Shown here: positions 1 through 14,478 of the stretch, one piece after another
How positions within the stretch are numbered: position 1 is the first letter of the stretch
Layout of the letters: the number at the start of each line of letters is the position of its first letter
NCBI GenBank assembly: GCA_964016885.1
Contig: OZ024745.1
Span: forward strand, 80,042,001 to 80,106,000
Direction of reading: 5' to 3'
DNA length: 64,000 bases
Source of the DNA: Eledone cirrhosa
Taxonomy: Eukaryota
Program-made: the position numbers and the translations under genes
Notes under the pieces: generated by a model
Database searches by the model: none
What the model was told of the DNA's origin: nothing
The model's input: only the letters and a program-made list of their open reading frames with translations

Positions 1-101
1 TCTTTATCTGCAATTCATTCACCTAGAGGGTTTTATATATATATATGTGTGTGCGTGTGTGGTCACAATATACCGTTGTTTTTCTCTCTCTCACCCGCTT
101 G

Positions 102-227
<126 letters not shown>

Positions 228-544
228 CTCTCTGTATTTCTGTATTTCTGTATGGTGTGTGCATGAGCAGGTATCTGATATCTGTCTTTCTCTGTATGTG
301 TGTAAGAAAAACAGTCCGTCTGACTGAGAGAGAGAGTGTGTGTGTGTGTATGTGTGCATGTATATGTATGTTAGAGTGTTTGTTTGTACATGTGTCATAG
401 ACTGAATGTATATGTAAGTGTATTTGTGTTGCATCTGGTTCACCATGTCCACTGCGTTGTGGCAAGTATGCTGTGCCTAGTGTGAGATGAATTGTTTTAT
501 TAACAGTATGTGTGTGTGATTTTATATATATATATGTATGTATG

Positions 545-625
<81 letters not shown>

Positions 626-920
626 CGAAGGAAATGTGGTAAGGAACCAGGTGGACCACTGGTTCCTATATATATATATATGTATGTATGTATGTATGTG
701 TGTAGATATAGATATATATATATATATATGTATGTATGTGTGTGTAGATATATATATATATATATAGTAATAATAATAAATTTTAAGATAAAAATCCAAA
801 GGTTGCAACGTTTTTTAAAATATTCACTTCTGCGTTCACAGATTGACTTTGTTAGTTTCAGAAGATCCCGTTAAGGGTGAAAGCAGCGATTCTTTGCTTA
901 AACTTTAATCTGTTATTTTA

Positions 921-972
<52 letters not shown>

Positions 973-1290
973 TCATCATCATCATCAACGTTTAACGTCC
1001 GTGTTCCACGCTTGCATGGGTTTGGACGGGGGTTTTCCCACTTGAGGCAAGAGTGATTGTCTTGCTCGCATAGGACTGTCTGGCAGGTTTTCTACAGTTG
1101 GATGCCCTTCCTAACACCAACCACGTTTACATATATATATATATATATTTGAAAGCAAAACCTTTTGCTTTTAAGAAACCACTGGTAAATGGAATAATTG
1201 CCTTATGTTGTTTATTACATAATAATAATAATATATATATATATATATATATATGTGTATGTATGTATGTATGTGTATATATATATACAT

Positions 1291-1640
1291 AGGCATATGG
1301 CTTAGTGGTTAGAGCATTGGCCTTGCAATCGAAAGATTGTGAGTTCAATTCTCAGCCCGGGTGGTGTGTTGTTTCCTTGAGCAAGACACTTATTTCACAT
1401 TGCTCCAGTTTACTCAGCTGTAGAAATGAGATGATAGGGACTGGGGTCCATATCATTCCACTGTAAAGTGGTCGTGGAGGTGCCACGGCAAAAAAGCACC
1501 CAGCACTCACTGTAAATGAGGTTGGTGTTAGGAAGGGCATCCAGCTGTAGAAATCAAGCCAGAATCAGTTCCCGTCCCACCCTTGCAAGCAGGGAAAAGT
1601 GGACGTAAAATGATGATGATGATGATGATGATGATAATGA
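1291..1640 (+). mobile_element. tRNA-derived SINE family B with RTE-derived 3' tail; partial copies at 35575-35810(-) and 59612-59822(-)
   Basis: TGGCTTAGTGG A-box, GAGTTCAATTC B-box, TCCTTGAGCAAGACACTT core, then sequence matching the RTE 3' UTR and (GAT)n. Confidence 0.78.
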
Positions 1641-2434
1641 TGTATGTATGTGTGTATATGTATATATGTATGTGTGTGTGTGTGTGTGTATACACTTTGC
1701 TATAACATTATGTGTTTATATCAGTGCAACCTCTATGTGTGTGTGTGTGCCTGTGTCTGTGCATCTATATGAATGTGTGTGTATGTGTGTAAATGTGTGT
1801 ATGTGCTTGTGTGCATGTATGTATGTGCATGCATGTGTGTATGTGTAGATGTAAATGCAGAGATCTAAACATTCATTAATGAGCAATACATTGTCACAAT
1901 TCATTCATAAATGTCAAAAAAGAAAAATCAAATTATTCAGCTGTTTTTTTGTTGATATTTTTTTTTTTGGGGGGGGGGGGGGGGGTAAATTAAAACTGTA
2001 ATAAAACAAAATAACAGTAATAAATATAATTAGATATAATTAGAATCAGTGAAAATGATTATGATAATTATTTTAATTATAAATGAATATAAAAAGAATT
2101 TTTTTAATGTACCATGTTCACGTTTTTTAGGTATATATATGTGTGTGTGTATATGTGTGTATGTATGTATGTATGTTTATGTAGGTATGTGTATGAATGA
2201 ATGTATGTATGAATATGTATGTATGCATGTATGTATGTATGCATGTATGTATGCATGAATGTTGGTATAGGTTGTATGTTTGTATGTACACATGCATTGA
2301 TGTCTATGTTTGTATATATGTATGTATGCATGCATACATGTATGTATATATGTGTATATGCATATATATGTATGCATGTATACATGTGTATATACATGTA
2401 AATATATATATATATATATATATTTATACATGTT

Positions 2435-2465
<31 letters not shown>

Positions 2466-2573
2466 AGATATATATAGATATATGTATACATCTATATATA
2501 CTCTATATATATATATATATATATATACATATATATATAATTGGGTAATATTTATTATTACCTATATTATATA

Positions 2574-3341
2574 CGAGGTGTGTCAGAAAAGTTCCAGGAC
2601 TGATGTCACAAAAGATTTATTTCAAACCCAAACTTCACACTAAGAGTTTTCTCCTTCAAAGTAATCGCCCTGGAGTATGTAACTGTAATCTTAGCTCTCT
2701 GCAGCATTCAAACTTTTTTCTACATAATTTTATATACATGTCCTCTGTTTCAGGTCGTCAAGCAATGAGCACAGAGCAACGAACAAACTTGAAGTTTCTG
2801 GTACAGTTGGGGAAAACTCTGTCAGAAGCACTGGGATTGCTGCAGCAAGTGTATGGAGATGAGACGATGTCACGCTCACGTGTTTTTGAGTGGTGCAACA
2901 TGACCAAATGAGCTGGGACAGCGTCTGGAAGATTCTCACTGAAGATTTGGACATGTGGAAAGTCTGCGCGAAGATGGTGCCAAAACTGCTGAATGATGAC
3001 CAGAAGGGTCGACGCATGCAAGTGTGCCAGGACATCCTCGAGCGTCTTGAAACCGAACCAGACTTGCTAGGGACAGTCATCACTGGTGATGAGTCATGGA
3101 TCTTCGAGTACGACCCGGAGGGAACCCGTTTTGAAGACATGGACGACATCAAAAAGGCCATGATGACGGAACTGCAGAGGATCCCGGAAGAATCCTTCCA
3201 GGAGTGCATGCAAGCATGGTAGAAAAGGATGGAAAAGTGCATTAGACTCCAGGGGGATTACTTTGAAGGAGAAAACTCTTAGTGTGAGTTGGAAATAAAT
3301 CTTTTGTGACATCAGTCCTGGAACTTTTCTGACACACCTCA
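2574..3341 (+). mobile_element. Internally deleted mariner transposon
   Basis: About 100-bp TIRs (CGAGGTGTGTCAGAAAAGTTCCAGGACTG..), TA flanks, transposase pieces EQRTNLKF..VYG..MSRSRVFEW, KVCAKMVPKLL, ITGDESWIFEYDP, GDYFEG. Confidence 0.92.
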
Positions 3342-3779
3342 TATATATATATATTTATATATAGCTATAATTATACACACATATATATGTATATATACAT
3401 ATATATATGTGTGTGTGTGAGTGTGTTTATATACATATGTATGTATATATATATATATATGTCGAAATGGCAAGTGCTAAGCTATCAAGCACTGACTCTT
3501 TAATATATTTATACCCTACTATCCCAAGTATCGAGTACTCTGCTGAATATTGTATGTATATATATGTGTGTGTATATGTATATATGTATGTGTATATATA
3601 TAGAAGAACAGACGTAAAACGGTGATGATGATGTATATACATGTATATATGCATATACATGTATATATGTATTTATACATGTATACATGTTGGACAGCAA
3701 GCCACATGTGTGGGAGGATTTGAGAAATATAGTTTATTAATACGTTTGTGTTCCAGGATTTCTTATTTCTATACTGTGT

Positions 3780-4525
3780 GTGGCAATGTTGCTGTTGTTG
3801 TTGATGTTGATGTTGATGTTGATGGTGGTGTGGTGTGGTATAGTCTGGTGTGGTGCAGTGTGGTGCGGTGTGATATAGTGTAGTGTGGTGTGGGGACCTA
3901 GAGGTTGGTGGCATGTGGTGTCGTGTGGTGTGGTGTGGTGTATGTGGTGTGGTGTAGTGTGGTGTAGTATTGTGTGGTGTAGTCTGGTGTAGTGTGGTCT
4001 GCTGTAGTGTGGTGCGGTGTGGTGCGGTGTGGTGTGGTGTGGTGTGGTGTGGTGTGGTGGGGTGGGGTGTGAGGTCATGCGGTGTGGTGTTGTGTGGTAT
4101 GGTGTTGTGCTGTGTGGCGGGTGTGGTGCGATGTGGTGTGGTGTTGTGTGGTGTAGTGTGGTGCAGTGTGGTGTGGTTTGGGTTGGGAGTTGGAGGTGTG
4201 GTGTGGAGTGGCATGTTTTGGTGTGGTGTTGTGTGGTGTGGTGTAGTGCGGTGTGGTGTGGTGCGGTGTGGTATGGTTTGGTATGGTGTGGTTTGGGAGT
4301 TGGTGGTGTGGTGTGGTGTGATATGGTGCGGTGTGGTGTGGTGTGATGTGGCGTGGTGTGGTGTATTGTTGTATGCTGTGGTGTGCTGTGTGGTGTTGTG
4401 TGGTGTGATGTGATGTGGTGTTGTGTGATGTTGTGTGGTGCTGTGTAGTGTGGTGTAGTGTGGGGATCTAGGAGTTTGTGGTGTGGTGTGTTGTGGTGTG
4501 GTGTAGTGTGGTGGGATGTGGTGTG
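3780..4525 (+). repeat. Degenerate (TGTGG)n pentamer satellite
   Basis: Directly visible. Confidence 0.95.
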
Positions 4526-4691
4526 AAAACTAACAGGTGCAAGTCTTTTTGTTGGCAACATGACCCTCCCAAAGTATAACAATACACATATATACATATA
4601 TAATATATGAGTGTGTGTGTGTATGTATGTATATATATATATATGTATATATCCAGGGAGTGTAACTTGGAGTTACTGTAAGTTCACCCAG

Positions 4692-4770
<79 letters not shown>

Positions 4771-5380
4771 TATATTCACACACACAATCATATATGGGTC
4801 GAAACGGCCGGAGCTCAGCCGTTGGGGTCCTGACTCTTTTTCTATGCATACATATATATGTAAGTACATCTCTCTCTTTCACTTTCATGTTGAAGGGGTA
4901 ACATCCAAAATGTTAAGTTTCTTTTCCTTCTAAACTAACCCTTAAACTGATACATATCATCACTGCATTGTAATCTTTTCTGACGTTTTTCCTTGTTGTC
5001 TCTACTTTCATATATATATATACATATATATATAAATATACATATATATATATATATACATATATACATACATACACATATATATATAATATATATATAT
5101 ATATATGGGGAGTATGTAAATATCTCTCTCTATATATATATATGTATGTATGTATATACGTATATATACATATTTATATATATATGTATATGAAAAAAGT
5201 CAATCGGGAAAAACACCAGTAAATAATACAATACAGTGAATATTTTAGTCCTGTAGAATTTATTTCTATATAAAGTAAAGATGTCTATACTCTACTAACG
5301 TATTGAGTACTTTTTTAACTGTGGTCACCTCACTATATCATTGGAATTTCACCCATACTTATATATATATACATATATAC

Positions 5381-5416
<36 letters not shown>

Positions 5417-5483
5417 CTGTGTATATTTGTGTGTGTGTATGATCTACCTACTTGGATATTTATTACGATTTTGAACTCCACAC

Positions 5484-5525
<42 letters not shown>

Positions 5526-6546
5526 AACTCATGTACCTGAAAGCCTTACACATGCATACACACTAACCTAAGCACTAAAAAATTGTAGCTGTAAACTAAT
5601 TTTAATTCATCAGAAGACTGTTTTGTGTTTTGGTTTTCAGTCGGTTGTAGATGCTGTAACCATCTGAAATCTCAATACTAAGCATTATATAGTTTCTATG
5701 ATGTTACTACTGCCACTATAAAATGTTAGTATTCTATGGTGATTGGACTGAGGAAAGCTGCCAGAGCAAGGAATGAAAGAGAGAATTGATTTCTGTACTC
5801 AGCAGCATGACAATGTTTAAAGCTAGCTAGCTTCGTTCTTTCTCAAAGCCTGATAATGTTGAGAAAAAATGAGAAAAGATGATGAGAAAATGAATGGAAT
5901 TAAGAGACAATAACTGTTGGAGAATAGTGAATCAAAAACACTCACCAATGTCTGAAAGATGTAATATTGTTATAGATAGAGATTGTTTGTCTGTCTGTCT
6001 GTGTTTTTGTTGCTTTGTTAAGTGGTAAAGACGTGTTAAAAGAGATCAAGTGAAAGAAAAGAGAATCGAAGAGTGATAGGATGGTGGAAAAAGAGTAGAA
6101 GGAGAATGTGAGATGGAGTTTGTCAGGGGGAGTGAAGGAAAAGAGGAAAATTGAAGAGAGATATGGAATGGTAAGAGATTAGAGCAAGAAAGAGAGATGG
6201 AGTTTGTCAGAAGGAGTGAAAGAGGAATGAATAAGAGAAATATCAAAATAGAAATGGTGGAAGGAGACTAAAAAAATGATAGAATGGGAATGTGGGAAGA
6301 TTGAGAATGAATGAAGAAAGACAGATGAAGAGAAAAAGAGATGGAGCAGATGTTAGAGAGGAGAGCATGATTAAATAGAGAAAGGGGGAGAAAATGGAGC
6401 TTACAGAAAGGAGAGCTTATTGATAAATAAAATATTAAAAAAAAAGAAAAATGCTGGTTAGATATAAATAGAAATTTATGAGATAGAATCTGTGTATGTA
6501 TATATGTGTGTGTGTGTGTGTGTCTTTCTCTCCTTACTATGATTAA

Positions 6547-6625
<79 letters not shown>

Positions 6626-6639
6626 CATATATAATATAC

Positions 6640-6689
<50 letters not shown>

Positions 6690-6711
6690 ATATATATATG
6701 TATGTATGTAT

Positions 6712-6805
<94 letters not shown>

Positions 6806-7369
6806 GTATGTGTGTGTGTGTATGTGTGACAGAGAGAGAGAAGGGGTGAATAATGAAAAGCTAAAGAGTTCTATTTAACTTAAATGATGTAAGAACTAGT
6901 CTAAAATATGAAATACTGATAAAGTCAAGCAAGATATTTCATGCAGCCATTTTTCAGTGAAGCTTGTTGAATTGGATGAGAGAGAAATTTGATTCAGGTG
7001 AGATTAGGAGAGTGTTAATATGACAAGTATTTGGACTTGAAACTTGGGGCAACTGGTTCTAGGGACATCAGGTAGTGTTAATATGACATAATAGATAAGT
7101 ATTTAGACTAGAAACTTGGGGCAACTGGTTCAATATTATTTGTAAAATGGAATCCTAAATTTAATTGGCTTTTTCTAGTGCCAATCAAAGAAACAGAAAT
7201 TCATCATCTTTATCATCATTTTGCATCTACTATGCATGCTTGCATGGAGTGGGTGGGTCATCAAGATTCAAGACTAAGTGGGTCATAAAAGCATGTCTTG
7301 TTTGTACCTTTGAATTTGGCATGATTTTTATGACTGCATTACCTTCCTCTCTACATTCCCTGGCAAGTC

Positions 7370-7860
7370 ACATGCTAGTCATGTACACAATCAATCAGGT
7401 AGTACAGGATGGTACCATATTCAATGACTGGCATGGCAGCAACACCATTTACTACTACAAAAGCAAAGAACATTTGCTGGAGAGAGGAAACAATAGAAGA
7501 ATCAAGTTGATGGACCAGGTCATGAAAAAGTTATAACACAACTGATTAGGGGCAGAATTAACCTAGATAAGATATAACTTGGCTTCATGCTAAAAAGAGG
7601 TACCATTGTTTCCTACTTCCTAGTGGGACAACTATAAGAGAGGTACTCTCTAGCTATTATACATTGACTAGGCATAGGCTTCGGAAAGAGTCCCACATTC
7701 TGTAATCTGTTAGATGCTAAGCAAGTTTGGGTTAAGGTTAGGATTAGATTAATGAATTGTAGGTGCTGTACAGTCAGTAAAATGAGGGTTAAGAATGAGT
7801 ATAGGAATGAATTTAGCATGCAGGTAGGTATCCACCAGGGCTCTATCCTTATCCTTCATC
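7370..7860 (+). mobile_element. Old degraded RTE RT fragment
   Basis: IKLMDQVMK and EFSMQVGIHQGSIL remnants. Confidence 0.7.
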
Positions 7861-8944
7861 TGCCTTTAGACCAGATCTGTTGTGGACCAGAGATAAAACA
7901 CCACGGCCATATTCCATTGGCGAGAATGCAAGGAACGAGTCAGGAGCAAGTGTACCGTGCAAATACATACGCAATTACATATACATATATATATATATTT
8001 GTTATATTTTGTTATATTATAATTTGCTTACATTAAGTGCCTTCTCCCCTGGTTTTCAAATCCTACTCCATTCATTCATTCTCTCTCCCTTCTATCCCTC
8101 CATTTATCCCACACCACCCCTTTTCTACTTCTCCCTCACTCCATCCTCCTATACACCTACCAACCACCCCCACACTCTCCCCATTTTCGATTTTCCACCT
8201 CCACCTCCAAAACCTCCAAATTAAATGCCTGCCTCTCCTCAGCCTTCCACGCCACAGGAGGTCGATCAATGCTACTCATGCGCCACGCACAACAGACGCA
8301 AGAAAGGAAGGCACTGCTCCAACTGTAACAGCTTCTTCTACCTCCCTTGTGTTAAACTTACCTGATGTGTGCCAGAATATCTGCCCTGGTGGCACTGCCT
8401 GCTATTCCTATTCACCTCGATGCCACAGGTGGTCACGGGCACCCAGCAAAATGCGGACCTACTTGACTCAGACGAGGCTCTATGGCGATCTCCCACCTCA
8501 GGCAGTCACAGAAAATCATCACCAGGATCCACAAATTTGCCTGCACTCCTTTGGCTAAAGCGCTAGTAAAGTCAATCAATATGTATATATGTGAGTGTGT
8601 GTGTATATATATATATATATATGTGTGTGTCCCACCCTTGCAAGCAGGGAAAAGCGGACGTAAAATGATGATGATGATGATGATGATGTGTATGTGTATC
8701 TATGACCAGTGTATATAGATCACAGACACCTACATATATATATATATGTATATATATATATGCACACACACATATATATATGTATACAAACACACACATT
8801 TACATATATACATATACACACGTATATATATATGGGCCTTCCAGTTTCATTTCACATTGGGTCACTCACGATCACTTCAAAATATTTTTTTTTAAATCAT
8901 GTTCACTTAAAAATAATTTTTAAATAATTAAAATATATACAGAT

Positions 8945-9472
8945 AAAAAAGTGCAGGGCGATAAAAATAGACGGTAGCCACGGAGTAGGCAGACCCAGAA
9001 AAACCTGGAACGACTTGATAAATTCCGACCTCACACACTTACACCTCTCCAAGACAATGTCACTGGACCGAGATCTTTGGCGCTACACAGTAATACAGAA
9101 GACCCACCTTGCCTAAGTACAAAGCGAAACTTACAGTCAGTAGGAACCTCTTAACAAAAATACACACACACACACACACCCCGTCCCACTACCCCCCACC
9201 CCATCCACACCACCCCTTTCGATGTAAAGTTATATTGGTACCACAACATCCAGTCCAAAATAAATGAGGTCGTGTAGGTGTCACGACACTGTAATGTGGC
9301 CGTGTAGGTAACACAGTAAAAACCTCCCAGTCCACACTGTAAACGTGGTTGGTGTTATGAAGGGCATCCAGCCGTAGAAAACCCACCAAGACAACCAATC
9401 TTGCCTCAAGTGGGAAAATTCCCGTCCAAACCCATGCTAGCGGGGAAGATGGACGTTAAACGATGATGATGA
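8945..9472 (+). mobile_element. RTE 3' end; further RTE tails at 971-1125(-) and 49425-49750(-)
   Basis: Matches 46005-46555, including the (GAT)n tail. Confidence 0.8.
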
Positions 9473-10012
9473 CAGACATGCATATAATGTGAAATGAAAC
9501 TGGAAGGCCCATATATATACATGTGTGTATGTATATATAAATGCGTGTGTGTATACATATATATATATATGTGTGTATACATATATGTCGGTATCTGTGA
9601 TCTATATATACACTGGTCATAAACACACACACACATATACACACATACACACACACACACATTTCGCCACTTTCTACTCTCACCGCTCTTTCTTCCCCTC
9701 ACTTTTTCCCTATCTACTCTTACCCCACTTTCTTCTCCCTTTCTCCCTCTCCCTTTCACCCCCTCATCTGACCGTTTAGCAGTTCTCTTCTCACAACGGC
9801 GGCGATCGGACTTGTCTTGTTTCTCTCGATTACTCGGTCTCGAACTTAAGTTCTATTATCTCTATTATCGAGTGGTCTTGGATTTCCTACCTATAGTTGC
9901 TTGCACATTGCTCGGTTTGTGTTTTTTTCGCTGTTTTGTGACATATCCAAAAAACAAGAACTTATCGTTTTAAGTTCTGTTTGAATATGTCACTATTTAT
10001 AAAACAACTTTT

Positions 10013-10060
10013 GTATTTTATCTGATGAGAGCGTACCAAAATTTTGGTACCCTTGAAATA
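10013..10060 (+). ncRNA. Interrupted hammerhead-like motif at the end of a probable PLE pLTR fragment (about 9660-10060)
   Basis: CUGAUGA-GAGcGUACCAAAAUUUUGGUACcCUU-GAAA, cut immediately afterwards by a Helitron 5' end. Confidence 0.5.
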
Positions 10061-10764
10061 TCTATATCACTAAAACAGAGAATGTCAGTTTGTCTGTCTG
10101 TCTGTCCAATCACTAAAACTCGAGAACCGGCCAACCGATTTTTTTCAAACTTTACACATGTAATATTTATGGTCCCGTGAGTGTTTTGAGCAAATTCTAA
10201 TTTTCAATGCCCTAGGCACTGCATTAGGTGATTTAGCGATCTCTATCTATAATTCTTAGTCTTTCTCTTTTTAGATAGATACATAGATATAACGTCGCAC
10301 CCTTATAATTGTTTCTGCTTTCAGCACAAGGCCAGCAATTACCCAGTACATTACTGGTACTTTATTTTATCGACCTCGTAAGGATGAAAGGCAAAGTTAA
10401 CTTTGGCGGGATTTGAACTCAGATCGTAAAGGGACGTAACTATGCTGGAAAGCATGTCCAGCCGTCTATCAATTCTGCCAATCCAACACCCTTATAATAT
10501 ATGTCTGTATGCCTGACTGTCTGCATTACGTCCTTATGACGCGATCAGTGTGTGTGTGTATATATGTATATATAGTGTGTGTATATATATATACTCTTAT
10601 GCCAGGGAACGTCTTCACGAACCAAAGTATCGTCTTCCTGTTTTCCTTCTGTTGCAACGTTTTTCGAAATATTTACATCTGCGTTAACAGATTGGTCTTT
10701 TTAGTTTCAGAAGATCCCGTTAAGGGTAAAAGCAGCGATTCCTTGCTTAAACATTAATCTGTCA

Positions 10765-10812
<48 letters not shown>

Positions 10813-12303
10813 ATTATATATTCGTGTACAGATATATTTGCATACACAATAACAAAATATAAACAAACGTATTTATTTCACGAGGCTCGATAAGGATAAA
10901 TATATATCATTTTTGCATACACAATAACAAAATATAAACAAAAGTATTTGTTTCGCGATAAAGTATTGATTTTCTTCGCACGGAAAAAACCCTGGTAATC
11001 TACGACGAATTTTTTTTATAAACTTTGCCAAACATTTCCTGCTTCTATGAAAAAAAATTGATAAAACTAAATACATGCTGTATACACGCTTAATACCTCT
11101 CTCTACTACCCTCAACAATCTTTGAAACTACATACATGTTGCAACTCTCTTTAAAAGGTTAATTCCTCCCTCTACTCCCCTCTCAATCTCCTCTGCAACT
11201 CTCTTTAAAAGGTTAATGCCTCCCTCTTCTACCCTATCACCATTACAGTTTACAACAGCGACAAAACTTCGTTCGGGAACGCGACATAAACTTTGAAAAC
11301 TAAGCAACACATCAATTTATACATAGCTTTACTCTCTCCGTCGCTCTTCCCTCTCTCTATAATAGATTATTCCCTCTCTCTATAATTTAACTGCTTTACC
11401 CTCTTCATGCTTTGAGGTTTAACACACCTCCCTATAGTTTCTTAGCTGTACTCTCTCCGTCGCTCTTCCCTCTCTCTATAATAAATTATTCCCCCTCTCT
11501 ATAATTTAACTGCTGGGGGAGTCATTGGAGTTCCGTATTGACATACGGCTTTTCTGGGGTATTTTAAATCGGCTTATTGCAAATAACAACCCGCAAAATA
11601 ACACTTCATATAACAGATTAATGCTATAGACATATGTTTAAATTATTTATTTTTTACGACTTTAATTGGTTAAATATTAATATGACAACACCCATAGTCT
11701 TGTACTTCTGGCAATTCTGCCGAATACACTGCCAAGGATGAACCTTTTCCCCTCAACGTCAGATATCCCGTTCGATTTCCGGCGATCCCAATTCCTGGTG
11801 AGACCATGCTTTGTCATGTCCCAAGGGCAAACATTGTCGGTGGCGGGTATCCATTTGGGGGAGCATGCTTCTCCCATGGCCAACTTTATGCTGCCTGTTC
11901 CCGCGTAGGGAGCAGGAATGGACTTTTAGCTTACACTCCTCAAGGGATAATACGCAATATCGTCTACAAAGAGGTGCTATAGATGTTGGTGCAGGTGTTG
12001 GAGGTGTTGGAGCTATGCCGTCTGGAAAACTATTTCCTGGTAGGGTCACCCATGGCGGACAGATCTGACACCCAGCGGCATCAGGGCCACGATCTTGCAA
12101 CTTTGGTCTGCTAAATTCGCTATTGGAAGATTATTGACCCATCATTGATTTCCAAAATTCTAATTGGTTCATAACTTTTAATAACCGGTTCAACTGCTTT
12201 ATGCACTTAATTGATAAGCTTATTCGCTTTCAAGCCACGTTTACCTGTATGTAACTTTTCATAGCAAATGAACAAACCCGAGCAACGTCGGGCTAAACTG
12301 CTA

Positions 12304-12304
<1 letters not shown>
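10061..12304 (+). mobile_element. Non-autonomous Helitron carrying a helicase remnant
   Basis: A|TC 5' end with (GTCT)n; 3' hairpin CCCGA gcaacg TCGGG at 12277-12292 then CTAG|T; internal RepHel C-terminal remnant. Confidence 0.8.
11729..11982 (+). pseudogene. Helitron RepHel PIF1-like helicase C-terminal remnant (not in the ORF track)
   Basis: Manual translation LPRMNLFPSTSDIPFDFRRSQFLVRPCFVMSQGQTLSVAGIHLG, frameshift, FSHGQLYAACSRVG..RNIVYKEVL*. Confidence 0.88.
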
Positions 12305-12355
<51 letters not shown>

Positions 12356-12409
12356 CAGTACAGAGAAGTATGGAATACCTCGGCCTCGGGATGGTGTCTA
12401 CATTTTGTG

Positions 12410-12542
12410 CTTATAAAAAAATTCGTCGTACATTACCAGGGGTTTTTCCCGTGCGAAGAAAATCAATACTTTATCGCGAAATAAGTACTTTTGTTTATAT
12501 TTTGTTATCGTGTATGCAAAAATATCTGTACACGAATATATA

Positions 12543-12616
<74 letters not shown>

Positions 12617-13338
12617 TAACAGATTAATGTTTAAGCAAAGAATCGCTGCTTTCACCCTTAACGGGATCTTCTGAAACTAAAAAAATCAATTTGTGAACGC
12701 AGAAGTAAATATTTCGAAATGTTTTTGTGTATGCAAAAATAACTGTCAGTGATGCATGTGATTATGTAATCCCCGGCCTTTTTTGTTTATATTTTGTGTT
12801 TGTGTATGCAAAAATATCTGTACACGAATATCTATATATTAAAATTTAAGCAAAAGAATCGCTGATTTCACTCATAACGGGATCTTCTGAAACTAAAAAG
12901 ATCAATCTGTTAACGCAGATGTAAATATTTCGAAAAACGTTGCAACCGAAGGAAAACAGGGAGACGATACTTTGGCTCGTGAAGACGTTCCCTGGCATAA
13001 GAATATATATATATATATACACACTATATATATACATATATACACGCACACACTGATCGCGTCATAATGACGTAACACAGACAGTCAGGCATACAGACAG
13101 ATATTATAAGGGCGCGACGTTATATCTATGTATATATCTAAAAAGAGAAATCTAAGAATTATAGACAGAGATCGCTAAATCGCTTAATGCAGTGCCTAGA
13201 GCATTGAACATTTTAAATTATTTTTTACTCAAAACACTCACGGGACCATAATTATAACATGTGTAAAATTTGAAAAAACTCGGTTGGGCGGTTCTCGAGT
13301 TTTAGTGATTCGACAGACAGACAAACAGACATTCTCTA
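12410..13338 (-). repeat. Inverted partial copy of the Helitron 5' region (about 10075-11020)
   Basis: Direct reverse-complement match; lacks the SINE present at 10305-10490. Confidence 0.85.
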
Positions 13339-13489
13339 ATTATTTTAGAAAAGCATTAGAAATGCGCAACCGGTAAAGACTTAAAACTAAAACTGAATAC
13401 TAACTAATACTTATTACTAATTTATACTTATTCCTAATTAAACTATTTTTCACTGGGAAAAATTTGTCAGCATTTTCTTTTCCTTTTTA

Positions 13490-13574
<85 letters not shown>

Positions 13575-13578
<4 letters not shown>

Positions 13579-14426
13579 TTTCTGAATTTGTTTAGCAAGA
13601 TTCTTTATCTTTATCCAGGTACCTCCGTAAAAACACTTATTAGCAAGACATACCCTTTTCAAAGACCCTCATGTATAGATAAGAAATGTATAACCTGTAA
13701 AATAAGCCCCCATATTAACTGTAAAACTAGAAATGTAGTGTATAGCATAAGATGTACTGAAGGACAATGTAGAGACAAAAATATAGTGTACATAGGTGAG
13801 ATAGCTCGTAGTGTAGGGGAACGGATAAATGAACACTGGCGAGACCTTCAAGATAATAAAGAATCATCTGTACTCTACCAACATGCTAAGATAGAACACA
13901 AGGGTAAATTAGAGAACATAGAAATAAAAATAGAATCTACACACAGAAAAGACGCAATGTTTAGACAAATTACAGAGGCAATAAACATAAAAGAATTACA
14001 ACCAAAATTAAATAGAAAATATGAGTGGAACAGCAACATCACAACTTACAATTAAGGACAAAATGAAAACACACACACACATAGAACAAACAACCAACCA
14101 GTAACATGTAAATAAACAAATAAATAAATGAACAAAAACACACACAGACATCCGGATGTGGCGCATGCGCAGACTGAGCACACAACACACACACAGAAAC
14201 AAAATGGCGTAGGACAGAACAAAGAAGAGGCACAGAAACAAAGAAAGGAATCCCCAGTCACTGAAGAGGTCACAGAGTGTGTGACGAAAGAACTATGACT
14301 ATATATAAACAACTATCTGGTTGTGGAACCAACCAACCAACCAGAAATTTATAAATATATAATAAATTGAAGTGAAAGCAACTGGTGCGTGTGTTTCTTA
14401 TTGGCAACATGACCCTCCCAAAGTAT

Positions 14427-14432
<6 letters not shown>
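13575..14432 (+). mobile_element. Penelope-like element 3' fragment: GIY-YIG endonuclease plus pLTR
   Basis: CITC..NCKTRNVVYSIRC..C..VYIGE..R..ERINEH..H..EH..RQITEAINI..P.LNRKYEW, then a hammerhead motif. Its terminal 50 bp recur at 4535-4583. Confidence 0.85.
14256..14300 (+). ncRNA. Minimal hammerhead ribozyme in PLE pLTR
   Basis: AGUCA-CUGAAGA-G-GUCAC..GUGAC-GAA-AG aa CU-A/UGACU; 5-bp stem I, 5-bp stem II, very short stem III. Confidence 0.8.

Positions 14433-14473
<41 letters not shown>

Positions 14474-14478
<5 letters not shown>

Noticed and set aside
5600-5620. Other CTGANGA matches as hammerheads (5607-, 20340-, 42865+, 47539+)
   Set aside because: No properly placed GAAA with stems I-III.
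11080-11515. Short tandem duplications inside the Helitron (and at 7010-7130) as regulatory arrays
   Set aside because: Ordinary local slippage duplications in repeat-derived or low-complexity DNA, with no further structure.
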